Part shown: piece by piece, positions 54,507 through 64,000 of the stretch | How the letters are laid out: each line of letters begins with the position of its first letter | Numbering within the stretch: position 1 is the stretch's first letter | NCBI GenBank assembly: GCA_963931525.1 | Contig: OZ007023.1 | Coordinates: forward strand, 1,878,993-1,942,992 | Source: an uncultured Oscillospiraceae bacterium | GTDB lineage: Bacteria; Bacillota; Clostridia; Oscillospirales; Acutalibacteraceae | DNA length: 64,000 nucleotides | Direction: 5' to 3' | Program-made: the position numbers and the translations under genes | The notes under the pieces: generated by a model | Databases searched by the model: none | Seen by the model: only the letters and a program-made list of their open reading frames with translations | Told to the model about the DNA's origin: nothing

Positions 54507-55424
54507 ATGGCAGTCACAAAATCCATCCACTTTGACATTCAGAGAAAGATCGTTTCCAACATGACCTCGGAAAGCTGGGAAACGATCCCGCATTCCTCTT
54601 TCATCTATGACGCAGACGTCACGGATTTTATGAAAGAGCTCAAAGCGCTCAACGCCGAGCGCGCCAAAGAGGATCGTTTCACCGTCAACACCGTCATGCT
54701 CAAGGTCATCGTGGAGGGCTTAAAGGCGGCGCCGATGCTCAACTCCACCATTGAATTCAACCGGAAGCTTGTGCGCGGGCGGCTGGATCTGCACGACGAC
54801 ATCAACATCTCGATGCCGATGATTTTACCGAACGGCAAGATGATGACGATCAACCTGCACAACTTTGAAAACAAGTCGCTTACGGAAATGACGGAATACA
54901 TTCAGGACGTCGTGCGCCGCGCGAACAACACGGATCTCACGGAGGTCATGTTTGAAGTCTCGATGGACAATACCCTCAAAGCCCTGCGCAAAGGCCATAT
55001 CGCAACGGTCATCAACCGCCTGATCGGTTCCAAGACCGGCAAGCACAAGGTAAAGACCCTTACGGGCAAGGCAAAGCGCGAATATTACGCGATCCCCGAA
55101 AAGGACCGCCTGACCTTCCGCGACATCGAGCAGGGCACCGTAACGGTCACGAACGTCGGCTCGGTGTATCGCTATCAAAAAGGGCAGGTCTCCCTGCTGG
55201 AGATCATCCCGCCGCAGGTCGGTGCATTCTGCATCGGCGGCATTCAGGAACGCGCCGGCGTCAAGACCGATGAAAACGGGAACAAGGTGTTTGACGCGCG
55301 GCAGATTTTGCCGATCTGCATGGCGTTTGACCACCGTGCCGTGGACTTCGGCGAGGTCGCGCCGTTCTTAGTGAAATGCGACGAGATCTTTGCAAACCCG
55401 AGTGTGATCCGCGAGTGGGTCTGA
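54507..55424 (+). CDS. Stand-alone 2-oxoacid dehydrogenase E2-type acyltransferase catalytic domain
   Basis: 305 aa. The E2 core begins at residue 1, with no lipoyl or subunit-binding domain. The active-site block FDHRAVDFGE is present. An insert of about 45 aa (NTDLTEV...AIPEKDRL) is absent from canonical E2 cores as I remember them. Confidence 0.78.
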   Translation: MAVTKSIHFDIQRKIVSNMTSESWETIPHSSFIYDADVTDFMKELKALNAERAKEDRFTVNTVMLKVIVEGLKAAPMLNSTIEFNRKLVRGRLDLHDDINISMPMILPNGKMMTINLHNFENKSLTEMTEYIQDVVRRANNTDLTEVMFEVSMDNTLKALRKGHIATVINRLIGSKTGKHKVKTLTGKAKREYYAIPEKDRLTFRDIEQGTVTVTNVGSVYRYQKGQVSLLEIIPPQVGAFCIGGIQERAGVKTDENGNKVFDARQILPICMAFDHRAVDFGEVAPFLVKCDEIFANPSVIREWV

Positions 55425-55449
55425 TTTACATCACATACAAATACAAATT

Positions 55450-55485
55450 TGCCGCCGTCCCGACATGGGGCGGCGGCATTTCGTT
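55450..55485. terminator. Intrinsic terminator between convergent genes
   Basis: TGCCGCCG-loop-CGGCGGCA followed by TTTCGTT. Confidence 0.6.
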
Positions 55486-55537
55486 ATATCCCGGTCTTTT
55501 GCAGGTCGCTTCTCCCCTGCTGTGCCGCTTTTGCCTT

Positions 55538-57787
55538 TTACAGCGTGAGCTGCTCGCCCGCATCCTCAGCAGAAAGCAATGCGCCCGCAGCAGGCAGAGA
55601 GCGGGTACGGTAGCGCGCGGGCTTTTGGAATTCGCCCTCGCGGTAGTCGCGCACGCCGGCGACGCGATGTCCTTTTTTGAGTGTCATCACTGCGACGCCC
55701 TGTGTGTCCTTTGTGGTCTTTGGCGCAACGGCACCCGTATTGAGCAGCAGGATGCGCCCCGCCGTAGACTGCACCACGAGTTCGCAGTCCTCGGCAATTT
55801 GACGGGCGGCGGCAAGCGGGAACTTATCGCAATACGCCTTAATGAGCTTTTTACGGTTGGTTTTGGTCGCATACGCGGACAGATCGACCTTTGCGAGCTT
55901 GCCGTTTTCAAAGAAAAACAGCATATACCCCTTGTAATCGGTCGTGACCGCCATATAAACGGCGGACTCCCCGGCGTCCATATGCAGCTTGGAGGGAACG
56001 TAATCGCCCAAAGCGCTTGCCTTGGTGTCCTCAAAATCCGCCGCTTTCGCCTTATATACCTGGCAGCGGTCAGTGAAGAACAGCAGGTCTGTGCTGTTGG
56101 TTGCCTCCACAGTCAAAAGCAGGCTGTCGCCGTCTTTGAGCTTTTGATCACCGCTCATACGCAGCGACTGCGGCGTGATCTTTTTGAAATACCCCTCTTT
56201 TGTAAAGAACAGGTGTACGGGGTAATCGGGGATTTCTTCGAGTGCTTCGTCGTCCGACTCGGCATCTGCGAAAATGATCTCGCTGCGGCGCGGCATGGCG
56301 TATTTTTCCACAACGCTTTTCAGCTCCGAGACGATGATCTTTTTGACGCGCGCACGGCTCGCGAGAATATCCTCCATATCCTCGATACGCTCACGCAGCT
56401 CGGCTATGTCAGCGGTACGCTTAAGGATGTATTCCCGGTTCAAGTGGCGCAGCTTGATCTCGGCGACATATTCCGCCTGCACTTTGTCGATGCCGAAGCC
56501 GATCATCAAATTCGGCACGACCTCAGCTTCTTCATCTGTGGAACGGATGATACGGATCGCCTTGTCAATGTCCAAAAGGATCTTTTGCAGGCCCTCCAAA
56601 AGATGCAGGCGGTCCTTTGCGCGGTTGAGATCGAAATAGGTGCGGCGGCGCACGCATTCCGAACGGAACGCGATCCACTCGAGCAGCAGGTCGCGCACGC
56701 CGAGCACGCGCGGCACGCCCGCAATGAGCACATTGAAGTTGCAGGCAAAGGAATCCTCCAGCGGTGTGGACTTATACAGCTTTTTCATCAGCTTGTCGGG
56801 GTCGGTGCCGCGTTTATAGTCGATCGTGATCTTTAAGCCTTTTTTATCCGTTTCGTCGCGCACGTCGGCGATCTCACGCGCCGCGCCGCTTTTGACCTTT
56901 TCAATGATCTTTTCGATGATCGCTTCTGCCGTGGTGGTTGGTGGGATCTGCGTGATGTCGATGCAGTGGTTGGCTTTATCGACCGTATATTTTGAGCGCA
57001 CCTTGAACGAGCCGCGTCCCGTGCGGAAGATCTCGCGCATCTGCGCCTCGTCATAGACGATCTGCCCGCCGCCGACGAAATCGGGCGCTTTGATGATCTC
57101 GTTTATATCAAAGTCCGCATCCTTGATGAGCGCCTCGGTCGCCTCGCAGACTTCGCGCAGGTTAAACGAGCAGATCGAAGACGCCATACCGACAGCGATG
57201 CCCGTATTCGCGTTGACGAGTACAGACGGGAACGTCACGGGGAAGAGCGTCGGTTCCTTCATGGTGTTGTCGTAGTTGTCTACGAAATCCACCGTATCCT
57301 TGTCGATGTCGGCAAACAGTTCGGCGGCGATAGGCTCAAGCTTTGCCTCCGTATAACGGGAGGCGGCACACTGCATATTGCGCGAATACGCCTTACCGAA
57401 GTTCCCCTTGGACTGGATGTACGGGTGCAAAAGCGCTTCGTTGCCGCGGGTCAAGCGCACCATGGTCTCATAGATCGGGCCGTCGCCGTGGGGGTTGAGC
57501 TGCATGGTGCGGCCGACGATATTGGCGGACTTGATGGTGCCGCCCGAGAGCAGCCCCATTTTATACATCGTATATAACAGCTTGCGGTGCGAGGGCTTAA
57601 AGCCGTCGATCTCAGGGATGGCACGCGAGAGGATGACGCTCATGGCATAGGGCATATAGTTCGTTTCGAGCGTTTCGGTGATATATTGCTCGACGACCTC
57701 CCCCGCGCCCAAAATATGGGCGTTCGGCTGCGCCGTTTCATCGCGCTGCGCTGTTTTTTGCTTTGGTTTTCTCGGCATTCTGTTCAC
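55538..57787 (-). CDS. parC: Type IIA topoisomerase subunit A (ParC-like; no GyrA box seen)
   Basis: 749 aa with active-site block AASRYTEAKL. I did not see a QRRGGKG-type GyrA box in the C-terminal domain. The parC versus gyrA call is tentative. Confidence 0.85.
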   Translation of the reverse strand: MNRMPRKPKQKTAQRDETAQPNAHILGAGEVVEQYITETLETNYMPYAMSVILSRAIPEIDGFKPSHRKLLYTMYKMGLLSGGTIKSANIVGRTMQLNPHGDGPIYETMVRLTRGNEALLHPYIQSKGNFGKAYSRNMQCAASRYTEAKLEPIAAELFADIDKDTVDFVDNYDNTMKEPTLFPVTFPSVLVNANTGIAVGMASSICSFNLREVCEATEALIKDADFDINEIIKAPDFVGGGQIVYDEAQMREIFRTGRGSFKVRSKYTVDKANHCIDITQIPPTTTAEAIIEKIIEKVKSGAAREIADVRDETDKKGLKITIDYKRGTDPDKLMKKLYKSTPLEDSFACNFNVLIAGVPRVLGVRDLLLEWIAFRSECVRRRTYFDLNRAKDRLHLLEGLQKILLDIDKAIRIIRSTDEEAEVVPNLMIGFGIDKVQAEYVAEIKLRHLNREYILKRTADIAELRERIEDMEDILASRARVKKIIVSELKSVVEKYAMPRRSEIIFADAESDDEALEEIPDYPVHLFFTKEGYFKKITPQSLRMSGDQKLKDGDSLLLTVEATNSTDLLFFTDRCQVYKAKAADFEDTKASALGDYVPSKLHMDAGESAVYMAVTTDYKGYMLFFFENGKLAKVDLSAYATKTNRKKLIKAYCDKFPLAAARQIAEDCELVVQSTAGRILLLNTGAVAPKTTKDTQGVAVMTLKKGHRVAGVRDYREGEFQKPARYRTRSLPAAGALLSAEDAGEQLTL

Positions 57788-57804
57788 TCCCTTTCGCGCT
57801 CACC

Positions 57805-59790
57805 TTACGAGATGTCCGCAAGTTCCAGATACATGTGCCCATTTTCGGCGATGTGCTCTTTGCGGCCTTGCAAATTATCACCCAAAAGCAGGTCAAATTT
57901 TGCGGAGACCGCCTCGGGCGAATAGTCGGGCTCTACTTTAATCAGGCGGCGGGTCTTGGGATTCATGGTGGTCAGCCACATCATGTCCGCTTCGTTTTCG
58001 CCAAGTCCCTTCGAACGCTGGATGGTAAATTTGCGGTCGCCGATCTCGCTTAGCACTTCCTGTTTTTCCTTTTCGGTATAGCAGAACCAGGTTTCATCCT
58101 TGGAATTGATCTCATACAGCGGGGATTCGGCGATATAAACTTTGCCCGCGCGGATGAGCGTCGGCATCAGCCGATAGATCATGGTGAGGATCAGCGTGCG
58201 GATCTGAAAGCCGTCTACGTCGGCATCGGTACAGATGATGACCTTGCTCCAGCGCAGGTTGTCGAGATTAAAGGAGGAAAGCTCCTTGCTCGCCTTGCCC
58301 GTGACCTCCACCCCGCAGCCAAGGACTTTAATGAGGTCGACGATAATATCGCTTTTGAAAATTTTGTTGTACTCCGCTTTCAGGCAGTTGAGGATCTTGC
58401 CGCGCACGGGGATGATCGCCTGAAAGGCGCTGTCGCGCGCCTGCTTGCACGCGCCGAGCGCCGAATCGCCCTCCACGATAAAGATTTCACGCTCGCTGAC
58501 ATCTTTCGAACGGCAGTCCACGAATTTCTCAACGCGGCTGGTGAGATCATTTCCGGTCTGAAACGTCTTTTTGAAATTGATGCGCGTGTTTTCCGCCTTA
58601 ACGCGCGAGCGCATATTGATCAGCACCTGATTGCCGATCTTTTCCGCCTCCAGCGGATTTTCGATAAAATAAATCTCAAGCTGATGGCGGAAAAACTCGG
58701 TCATCGCTTCCTGAATGAATTTGTTGGTTATGGATTTTTTCGTTTGGTTTTCGTAGGATGTCTGTGTGGAAAACGAAGAAACGACCAGCACCAGACAATC
58801 CTCCACATCCTGAAAGCTGATTTTGCCGTCGGTCTTTAAATACTTGCCGTTGGTTTTCAGATAGGCATCGATCTGCGAAACGAACGCGCTTCTGACCGCT
58901 TTGTCGGGCGCGCCGCCATGCTCTAAGAAGCTCGAATTGTGGTAATACTCTTTCATCTGCTTTTTGTTGGAAAAGCAGAGCACGGCGTTGATCTTGACTT
59001 TATATTCGGGCTTGTCCGCACGGTCGCGCCCCTTGCGCTCGGTCTGCCAGACCTGCACATCGGAAAGTGCGTCGTCGCCGACAAACTCCTTGACGTAATC
59101 CACAATACCGTTTGCGTATTGATATTCATAGGTGTCAAAGCTGTTGGGCCCGATCTGGTCGCGCAGGATAAAGCGCACGCCTGCATTGACAACAGACTGA
59201 CGGTGCAGCGTGTCTTGATAATAGGAAAGCGGAATGTCAATGTCGGTAAATACTTTCAAATCAGGCTTCCAGCGGATGCGCGTGCCCGTGTCGCGCTTAT
59301 GGTACGGCTCACGCTGCAATTCGCCGTCGGGCTCCCCCGCTTTGAAGTGCATGACGTACTTGGTGCCGTTTTTGTGGATCTCCGCTTCCATATATTCCGA
59401 GGCGTACTGCGTGGAGCACAGGCCCAAGCCGTTAAGACCTAAGGAATACTCATAGCTGCCGCCGTCGTTGGTGTTGTATTTACCGCCGGCATACAGCTCG
59501 CAAAATACGAGTTCCCAATTGTAGCGCTTCTCCTTTTCGTTGTATTCCATAGGGATGCCGCGCCCGAAGTCCTGCACCTCAATAGACTTGTCCAGATAGC
59601 GGGTAACAATGATCTTGTCGCCAAACCCTTCCCGTGCCTCATCAATGGAGTTGGACAAGATCTCAAACATCGCGTGCTGGCAGCCGTCAATGCCGTCCGA
59701 GCCGAAAATGACGCCCGGACGCAGGCGCACGCGGTCCGCGCCTTTTAATTGTGAGATGCTTTCTTCCGTATATGCCGCTTTTTTTGCCAT
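57805..59790 (-). CDS. parE: Type IIA topoisomerase subunit B (ParE-like)
   Basis: 661 aa with a GHKL ATPase N-terminus (GLGLCSTQYAS, LHHL-type blocks) and Toprim blocks EGDSA and PVRGKILN. Confidence 0.88.
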   Translation of the reverse strand: MAKKAAYTEESISQLKGADRVRLRPGVIFGSDGIDGCQHAMFEILSNSIDEAREGFGDKIIVTRYLDKSIEVQDFGRGIPMEYNEKEKRYNWELVFCELYAGGKYNTNDGGSYEYSLGLNGLGLCSTQYASEYMEAEIHKNGTKYVMHFKAGEPDGELQREPYHKRDTGTRIRWKPDLKVFTDIDIPLSYYQDTLHRQSVVNAGVRFILRDQIGPNSFDTYEYQYANGIVDYVKEFVGDDALSDVQVWQTERKGRDRADKPEYKVKINAVLCFSNKKQMKEYYHNSSFLEHGGAPDKAVRSAFVSQIDAYLKTNGKYLKTDGKISFQDVEDCLVLVVSSFSTQTSYENQTKKSITNKFIQEAMTEFFRHQLEIYFIENPLEAEKIGNQVLINMRSRVKAENTRINFKKTFQTGNDLTSRVEKFVDCRSKDVSEREIFIVEGDSALGACKQARDSAFQAIIPVRGKILNCLKAEYNKIFKSDIIVDLIKVLGCGVEVTGKASKELSSFNLDNLRWSKVIICTDADVDGFQIRTLILTMIYRLMPTLIRAGKVYIAESPLYEINSKDETWFCYTEKEKQEVLSEIGDRKFTIQRSKGLGENEADMMWLTTMNPKTRRLIKVEPDYSPEAVSAKFDLLLGDNLQGRKEHIAENGHMYLELADIS

Positions 59791-59917
59791 ACTATGCCTT
59801 CCGTTCTTTATATTCCCGATACTTCCAAAATTCCGCAGTATATTTTACACGATATATGGGGGATTCGTCAAGTTTATTCAAGCGTATTTTGTGTTTCCGG
59901 AGTCTGCAAATTCATGC

Positions 59918-59970
59918 TTGACAATGTTTTTAAATTGTGATATAGTCCCTACTCAGTACGATTTCGTACT
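59918..59970 (+). promoter_or_regulatory. marR promoter with a palindromic operator
   Basis: TTGACA (59918-59923), a 17-nt spacer, then TATAGT (59941-59946). The palindrome AGTACGA-TT-TCGTACT (59955-59970) lies between the -10 box and the RBS. Confidence 0.55.
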
Positions 59971-59984
59971 AAAGGAGTGTGTTT

Positions 59985-60464
59985 ATGCAAAAGGATTTTC
60001 AGAACATCCGGCGTTTGACGCTCGCTGCAACCAAAAACGACGGTGCATATTATTATTTCGCGCGGCGGCTTCATATCAACGAAAACACGCTGACGCTGCT
60101 CTATGCACTGGGCGACGGGCAGGCACATTCGCAAAAGCAGGTCTGCGACGACTGGCTTCTCCCTAAAACCACCGTGAGCACGAATGTGCGCGAGCTGCGG
60201 GAAGCGGGCTATCTGGAATTGGAGCCGATCGAAAACACGCGGGAAAAGGCGCTCATTCTGACGGAAGCCGGAAAAGCCTTTGCCGAAACCGTTTTGCAGC
60301 CGCTCTACCGCGCCGAGCAGGCGGCTATGGAAAAGACGCTGGCACGCTTCTCCCCTGAATTCATAGACGCATTCCAATATTTTGCCGCCTGCTTCCAAAC
60401 GGAAATATTCTCACAGGCGGGTACAGACGAAGAACAGAAGAAAAAAGGAAAAAAGAAATTATGA
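59985..60464 (+). CDS. MarR-family transcriptional regulator
   Basis: ATG behind AAAGGAG. Winged-HTH segment is QKQVCDDWLLPKTTVSTNVRELREAGYLEL. It overlaps the MATE gene by 4 nt. Confidence 0.85.
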   Translation: MQKDFQNIRRLTLAATKNDGAYYYFARRLHINENTLTLLYALGDGQAHSQKQVCDDWLLPKTTVSTNVRELREAGYLELEPIENTREKALILTEAGKAFAETVLQPLYRAEQAAMEKTLARFSPEFIDAFQYFAACFQTEIFSQAGTDEEQKKKGKKKL

Positions 60465-61816
60465 CCGCTTACACATTATACACTGAAACACCGATCACAA
60501 GGCTGTTTTTCCGTGCAGCACTGCCCGGCGCTGTGAGCATGCTTGCGTCGGCTCTCTACCAGCTTTTTGACGGCATATTCGTCGGACAGTTTTTGGGCGA
60601 AACGCCGTTTGCAGCACTCAATCTTGCCATGCCGTTCGTCATCATCAACTTTGCGGTGGCGGATCTCGTCGGCGTGGGCTCGTCCGTACCGATTTCGATT
60701 TGTCTCGGCAAAAGAGAGGACAAGGAAGCCAACAACATCTTTTCCGCCGCATGCATACTGATCGTCGCATCAGGCGCAGCACTCGGCGCGATCCTGTTTC
60801 TCAGCGCGCCGCTGCTCATCCGCCTGATGGGCGCCGAGGGCGAATTCGCCGGGCTTGCCGTGCAATACTTGCGCGTATACGCTCTCTGCTCGCCTGTGAC
60901 CACCATCGTGTTCGCCATGGACAATTATCTGCGCATTTGCGGCAAAGTGCGCGGCAGCATGTTTTTGAATATTTTTATGTCGGTGCTCATTTGCATTTTG
61001 GAATTTCTGTTTTTATATGTATTCCGCTGGGGCATTTGGGCGGCGGCGCTTGCGACCTGCCTCGGGATGGGTCTGTGTGCCGTGATCGCGCTGTGCTGCT
61101 TTGCCTTTGGAAACATGCAGCTGCGCTTTTGCCGTCCGCATTTTTCGGGCACAATGCTGCGGCAGATCGTCACGGCGGGCAGCCCGAACTTTTTAAACAA
61201 CATTGCGGGACGGCTGACCTCTATTATCATGAATATTTTTCTCGTGCGTTTCGGCGGCGAATCTGCGGTTTCCATATATGGTGTTCTGATGTACGCAGAA
61301 GGGTTCATCCTACCGCTTCTCTATGGTATGTGCGACTCTTTGCAGCCCGCTGTGGGCTGCAACTGGGGCGCAAACAAGTTTGCGCGCGTGCGTGCGATCG
61401 AAAAACGCTGCTTTACCGCGACCGGTGTGCTTTCCCTTTGTTCCGCAGCCGTTTTGTTCCTGTTCCCCGCGCAGATCGGCGCTCTTTTCCTGGGGACAGC
61501 AAACGCCGCACTGTTGCAGGAGACCGCCTATGCGCTGCGGCTGTTTGCGCTCGCGTTCATTACACGCTGGTTTTCGTTCGCCGCACAGAGCTTCATGCTG
61601 GCAATCGAAAAACCGGGCTATGCTTGTGCGATCTCGGTCTCGACGGCGTTTTTCTTTCCCGTGCTGCTCATCGCCTTGCTTTGGAAGCTGGAGCTGACGG
61701 GGCTTTGGCTGAATCCTGCGGGGACGGCACTGCTCGCCGGCATTTTAGCCGCCATCCTTTTGGCACATTTCCGCAAGCACAGCCCGCAGGTGTTTGAAAA
61801 AGCGGAAAAGGTGTAA
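60461..61816 (+). CDS. MATE-family efflux transporter
   Basis: 451 aa with 12 predicted helices and a typical MATE N-terminus (LFFRAALPGAVSMLASALYQLFDGIFVGQ). Confidence 0.9.
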   Translation: MTAYTLYTETPITRLFFRAALPGAVSMLASALYQLFDGIFVGQFLGETPFAALNLAMPFVIINFAVADLVGVGSSVPISICLGKREDKEANNIFSAACILIVASGAALGAILFLSAPLLIRLMGAEGEFAGLAVQYLRVYALCSPVTTIVFAMDNYLRICGKVRGSMFLNIFMSVLICILEFLFLYVFRWGIWAAALATCLGMGLCAVIALCCFAFGNMQLRFCRPHFSGTMLRQIVTAGSPNFLNNIAGRLTSIIMNIFLVRFGGESAVSIYGVLMYAEGFILPLLYGMCDSLQPAVGCNWGANKFARVRAIEKRCFTATGVLSLCSAAVLFLFPAQIGALFLGTANAALLQETAYALRLFALAFITRWFSFAAQSFMLAIEKPGYACAISVSTAFFFPVLLIALLWKLELTGLWLNPAGTALLAGILAAILLAHFRKHSPQVFEKAEKV

Positions 61817-61840
61817 GGGTAATACGTCCAAAAATTACAA

Positions 61841-61887
61841 TACGGCAACGGTCATAGAACGTCTCTTGACCGTTGCCGTACTTTTTG
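61841..61887. terminator. Bidirectional intrinsic terminator
   Basis: TACGGCAACGGTC-loop-GACCGTTGCCGTA followed by CTTTTTG, and preceded by AAAAATT. Confidence 0.65.
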
Positions 61888-61907
61888 ATTTAGAGCAGGA
61901 ATTCGGC

Positions 61908-62429
61908 TTATTTTACGTATCGGATGTAGCCTTCTTTGCGCGGTTTTGCGGCAGGCGCTTCGCCGTCGGCATAGCCGAGCACCAGATTACCGATACCCTC
62001 ATATTCGCCCTCTACGCCGAGTTCTTCAAGGATTGCTTTGCCCTCGTCGCTCTCAAACACTTCTTTGGCGCGGTGGATCCAGCAGCTCCCGAGTCCCAGC
62101 GCGTGGGCGGCAAGCATCATGTTGCCCATGACCAAACTGCCGTCGTAAATGCGCGTCGGGCGGGCTTTATCGGCAAGCACCACGAGCACGGCGGGCGCGC
62201 CGTAAAACGGATCGCCGCTGCCGCCTAAGACTGCGGCATTCAGCGCGGAAAGGCGGTCGCGCAGCGCCTTGTTTGTTACGGCAAGGATGATCGGCGACTG
62301 CGCGTTCATCCCCGATGCGGCATAGGTACCCGCCTCTGCCACCTGCTCAATGAGCGCCTGTTCGGGCAAATCGGGCTTATACTTTTTGATGCTTCTGCGG
62401 GTGCGGATAGCTTCCAAAACTTCGTTCAT
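61908..62429 (-). CDS. Nitroreductase-family flavoprotein
   Basis: Start MNEVLEAIRTRRSIKKY. Typical nitroreductase blocks are present (ASGMNAQ, ...LAAHALGLGSCWI). Confidence 0.88.
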   Translation of the reverse strand: MNEVLEAIRTRRSIKKYKPDLPEQALIEQVAEAGTYAASGMNAQSPIILAVTNKALRDRLSALNAAVLGGSGDPFYGAPAVLVVLADKARPTRIYDGSLVMGNMMLAAHALGLGSCWIHRAKEVFESDEGKAILEELGVEGEYEGIGNLVLGYADGEAPAAKPRKEGYIRYVK

Positions 62430-62500
62430 GCAAAATCTTCCTTTCAAAATCCGTCTTTCCGAAAACGCAGCCGGATCCCAAGGGATCCGGCTTTTGTTCA

Positions 62501-64000
62501 TTATGCATTCGGGTTGTCAGCACCGCTGTCAGGCGTTGCAGGATCGTCCTGCTCAGCTTGCTGCGCGGGCGTTTCTTCTTCGTTCTGTGCGGGCTGTTCG
62601 CTCGGCACGGCCTCGCCTTGCGCGGGCGCATCGGCGGACTGTGCCTGCGTTTCGGCGTTTTGTGCCTCCGGCTGTGCATTTTCGTCATCCGCCGGTTTTT
62701 CGTCCGTTTTCGGCTCAACGCTTTGCAGCGGGGGCAGCTCCTTGCCGTCCATCAGCGCGTAGAACTCGTTTGCATCGATCTTTTCGCGTTCTACAAGCGC
62801 CTTTGCAACAACGTGCAGCTTATCGATATGCTCTTGCAGGATGCTCTCCGTGCGCTTATACGCCGCAAGGACGATGGATTCAACCTCTTCATCGATCTCG
62901 GAGGCAACGGCCTCGGAGTAATTGCGCATATGGTTGTAATCGCGGCCCAAGAACACCTCGTCGTTATCCTTGCCGAAGGCGATGGGGCCGAGCTTTTCGC
63001 TCATACCGTATTTGGTGACCATTTTACGCGCGATGTCCGAAGCGCGTTCGATGTCGTTGGAGGCGCCTGTAGATATATCGTTGAAAATGATCTGCTCGGC
63101 TACACGGCCGCCCAAAAGCCCGACGATGTCGTCAAGCATGCGCGAACGCATCAGGTGCATTTCATCCTTTTCGGGCTGGTACATCGTAAACCCGCCCGCC
63201 ATACCGCGCGGCACGATGGAAATATGCGTCACGGGGTCTTTATGATCCAGATAGTAGGACGTGACCGCATGCCCCGCCTCGTGATAAGCGGTGATCTGTT
63301 TGTCGCGCTCGGTGATGCGGTGGGATTTCTTTTCCGTACCGACGAGCACCTTCATGGTCGCTTCTTCGATCTCCGCCATGGTAATGGCCTTTTTCTTGCG
63401 GCGTGCGGCAAGCAGTGCTGCTTCGTTCAAAAGATTTTCCAGATCCGCACCCGTAAAGCCCACCGTCGCGCCTGCGATGCTGCCGAGGTTGACGTCCGGA
63501 CCCAAAGGCTTGCCTCTGGCGTGGACCTTGAGGATATCCTCTCTGCCGCGCAGGTCGGGATAATTCACGGTGACCTGACGGTCAAAGCGCCCGGGACGCA
63601 GCAGCGCCGGGTCAAGGATATCGGGGCGGTTGGTCGCCGCAATGACGATGACGCCCTCATTGGCGCCGAAGCCGTCCATTTCCACAAGCAGCTGGTTAAG
63701 CGTCTGCTCACGCTCATCGTGTCCGCCGCCCATGCCCGCGCCGCGGTGACGGCCGACGGCGTCGATCTCATCAATAAAGATGATCGCGGGGGAATTCTTT
63801 TTCGCCTGGTCAAATAAGTCGCGCACACGCGACGCGCCGACGCCGACATACATTTCCACGAAATCGGAACCGGAAATCGAGAAGAACGGAACATCCGCTT
63901 CACCCGCGACCGCGCGCGCCAGCAGTGTTTTACCTGTACCGGGCGGGCCGACGAGCAGCACGCCCTTCGGGATACGCGCACCCAGCGCACTGAACGCCTG
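62501..64000 (-). CDS. ftsH: ATP-dependent zinc metalloprotease FtsH (C-terminal approximately two-thirds; the N-terminus lies beyond the right edge)
   Basis: Walker A GPPGTGKT, the SRH region and Zn motif HEAGHAV, with a Pro/Glu/Ala/Gln-rich tail. The reading frame stays open to position 64000. Confidence 0.95.
   Translation of the reverse strand, partial: QAFSALGARIPKGVLLVGPPGTGKTLLARAVAGEADVPFFSISGSDFVEMYVGVGASRVRDLFDQAKKNSPAIIFIDEIDAVGRHRGAGMGGGHDEREQTLNQLLVEMDGFGANEGVIVIAATNRPDILDPALLRPGRFDRQVTVNYPDLRGREDILKVHARGKPLGPDVNLGSIAGATVGFTGADLENLLNEAALLAARRKKKAITMAEIEEATMKVLVGTEKKSHRITERDKQITAYHEAGHAVTSYYLDHKDPVTHISIVPRGMAGGFTMYQPEKDEMHLMRSRMLDDIVGLLGGRVAEQIIFNDISTGASNDIERASDIARKMVTKYGMSEKLGPIAFGKDNDEVFLGRDYNHMRNYSEAVASEIDEEVESIVLAAYKRTESILQEHIDKLHVVAKALVEREKIDANEFYALMDGKELPPLQSVEPKTDEKPADDENAQPEAQNAETQAQSADAPAQGEAVPSEQPAQNEEETPAQQAEQDDPATPDSGADNPNA

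Overview
This is a roughly 60% GC chromosomal segment from a spore-forming Firmicute of the class Clostridia. It carries spoIIR, an [FeFe]-hydrogenase cluster and a butyrate-type CoA-transferase, which suggests Oscillospiraceae or Ruminococcaceae; that placement is a guess made from gene content alone. About 85% of the genes lie on the minus strand and are tightly packed.

The housekeeping backbone includes lysS, greA, ftsEX with an M23 peptidase and an S41-like protein, der, rpmF, yceD, pgi, a dac-type carboxypeptidase, ligA, parE/parC, ftsH, mgtE behind an M-box riboswitch, and trmO.

Four regions deserve a second look:
- **445-9493:** a membrane-embedded LuxR-type regulator followed by a co-directional gene string. 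The string encodes two paralogous small proteins, two lipoproteins, zinc-ribbon proteins, and a family of surface proteins. One surface protein is sortase-anchored and built from seven Cys/His-rich repeats. One small-protein gene runs in frame through a TAG codon into a zinc-ribbon reading frame that has no start codon.
- **29042-37840:** a cluster fronted by Rex operators, in the order rex, adhE, kinase, [2Fe-2S] protein, PAS-hydrogenase (HydS type), PP2C phosphatase, [FeFe]-hydrogenase.
- **37913-40659:** a 2.66-kb low-GC cassette bounded by inverted copies of a roughly 43-bp hairpin. It carries an XRE regulator with three operator-like boxes and three membrane or secreted proteins of unknown function.
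- **9511-10889:** a 1.3-kb low-GC islet beside the lysS 3' end, with an XRE gene and two excisionase-like genes.

Smaller oddities are an S41 peptidase homologue whose Ser/Lys dyad positions appear substituted, an FtsE with a long acidic tail, and an E2 acyltransferase catalytic domain that stands alone next to a CoA-transferase.

I saw no rRNA, tRNA, CRISPR array, transposase or integrase. All calls come from reading the ORF translations and the sequence by eye; no searches were run.
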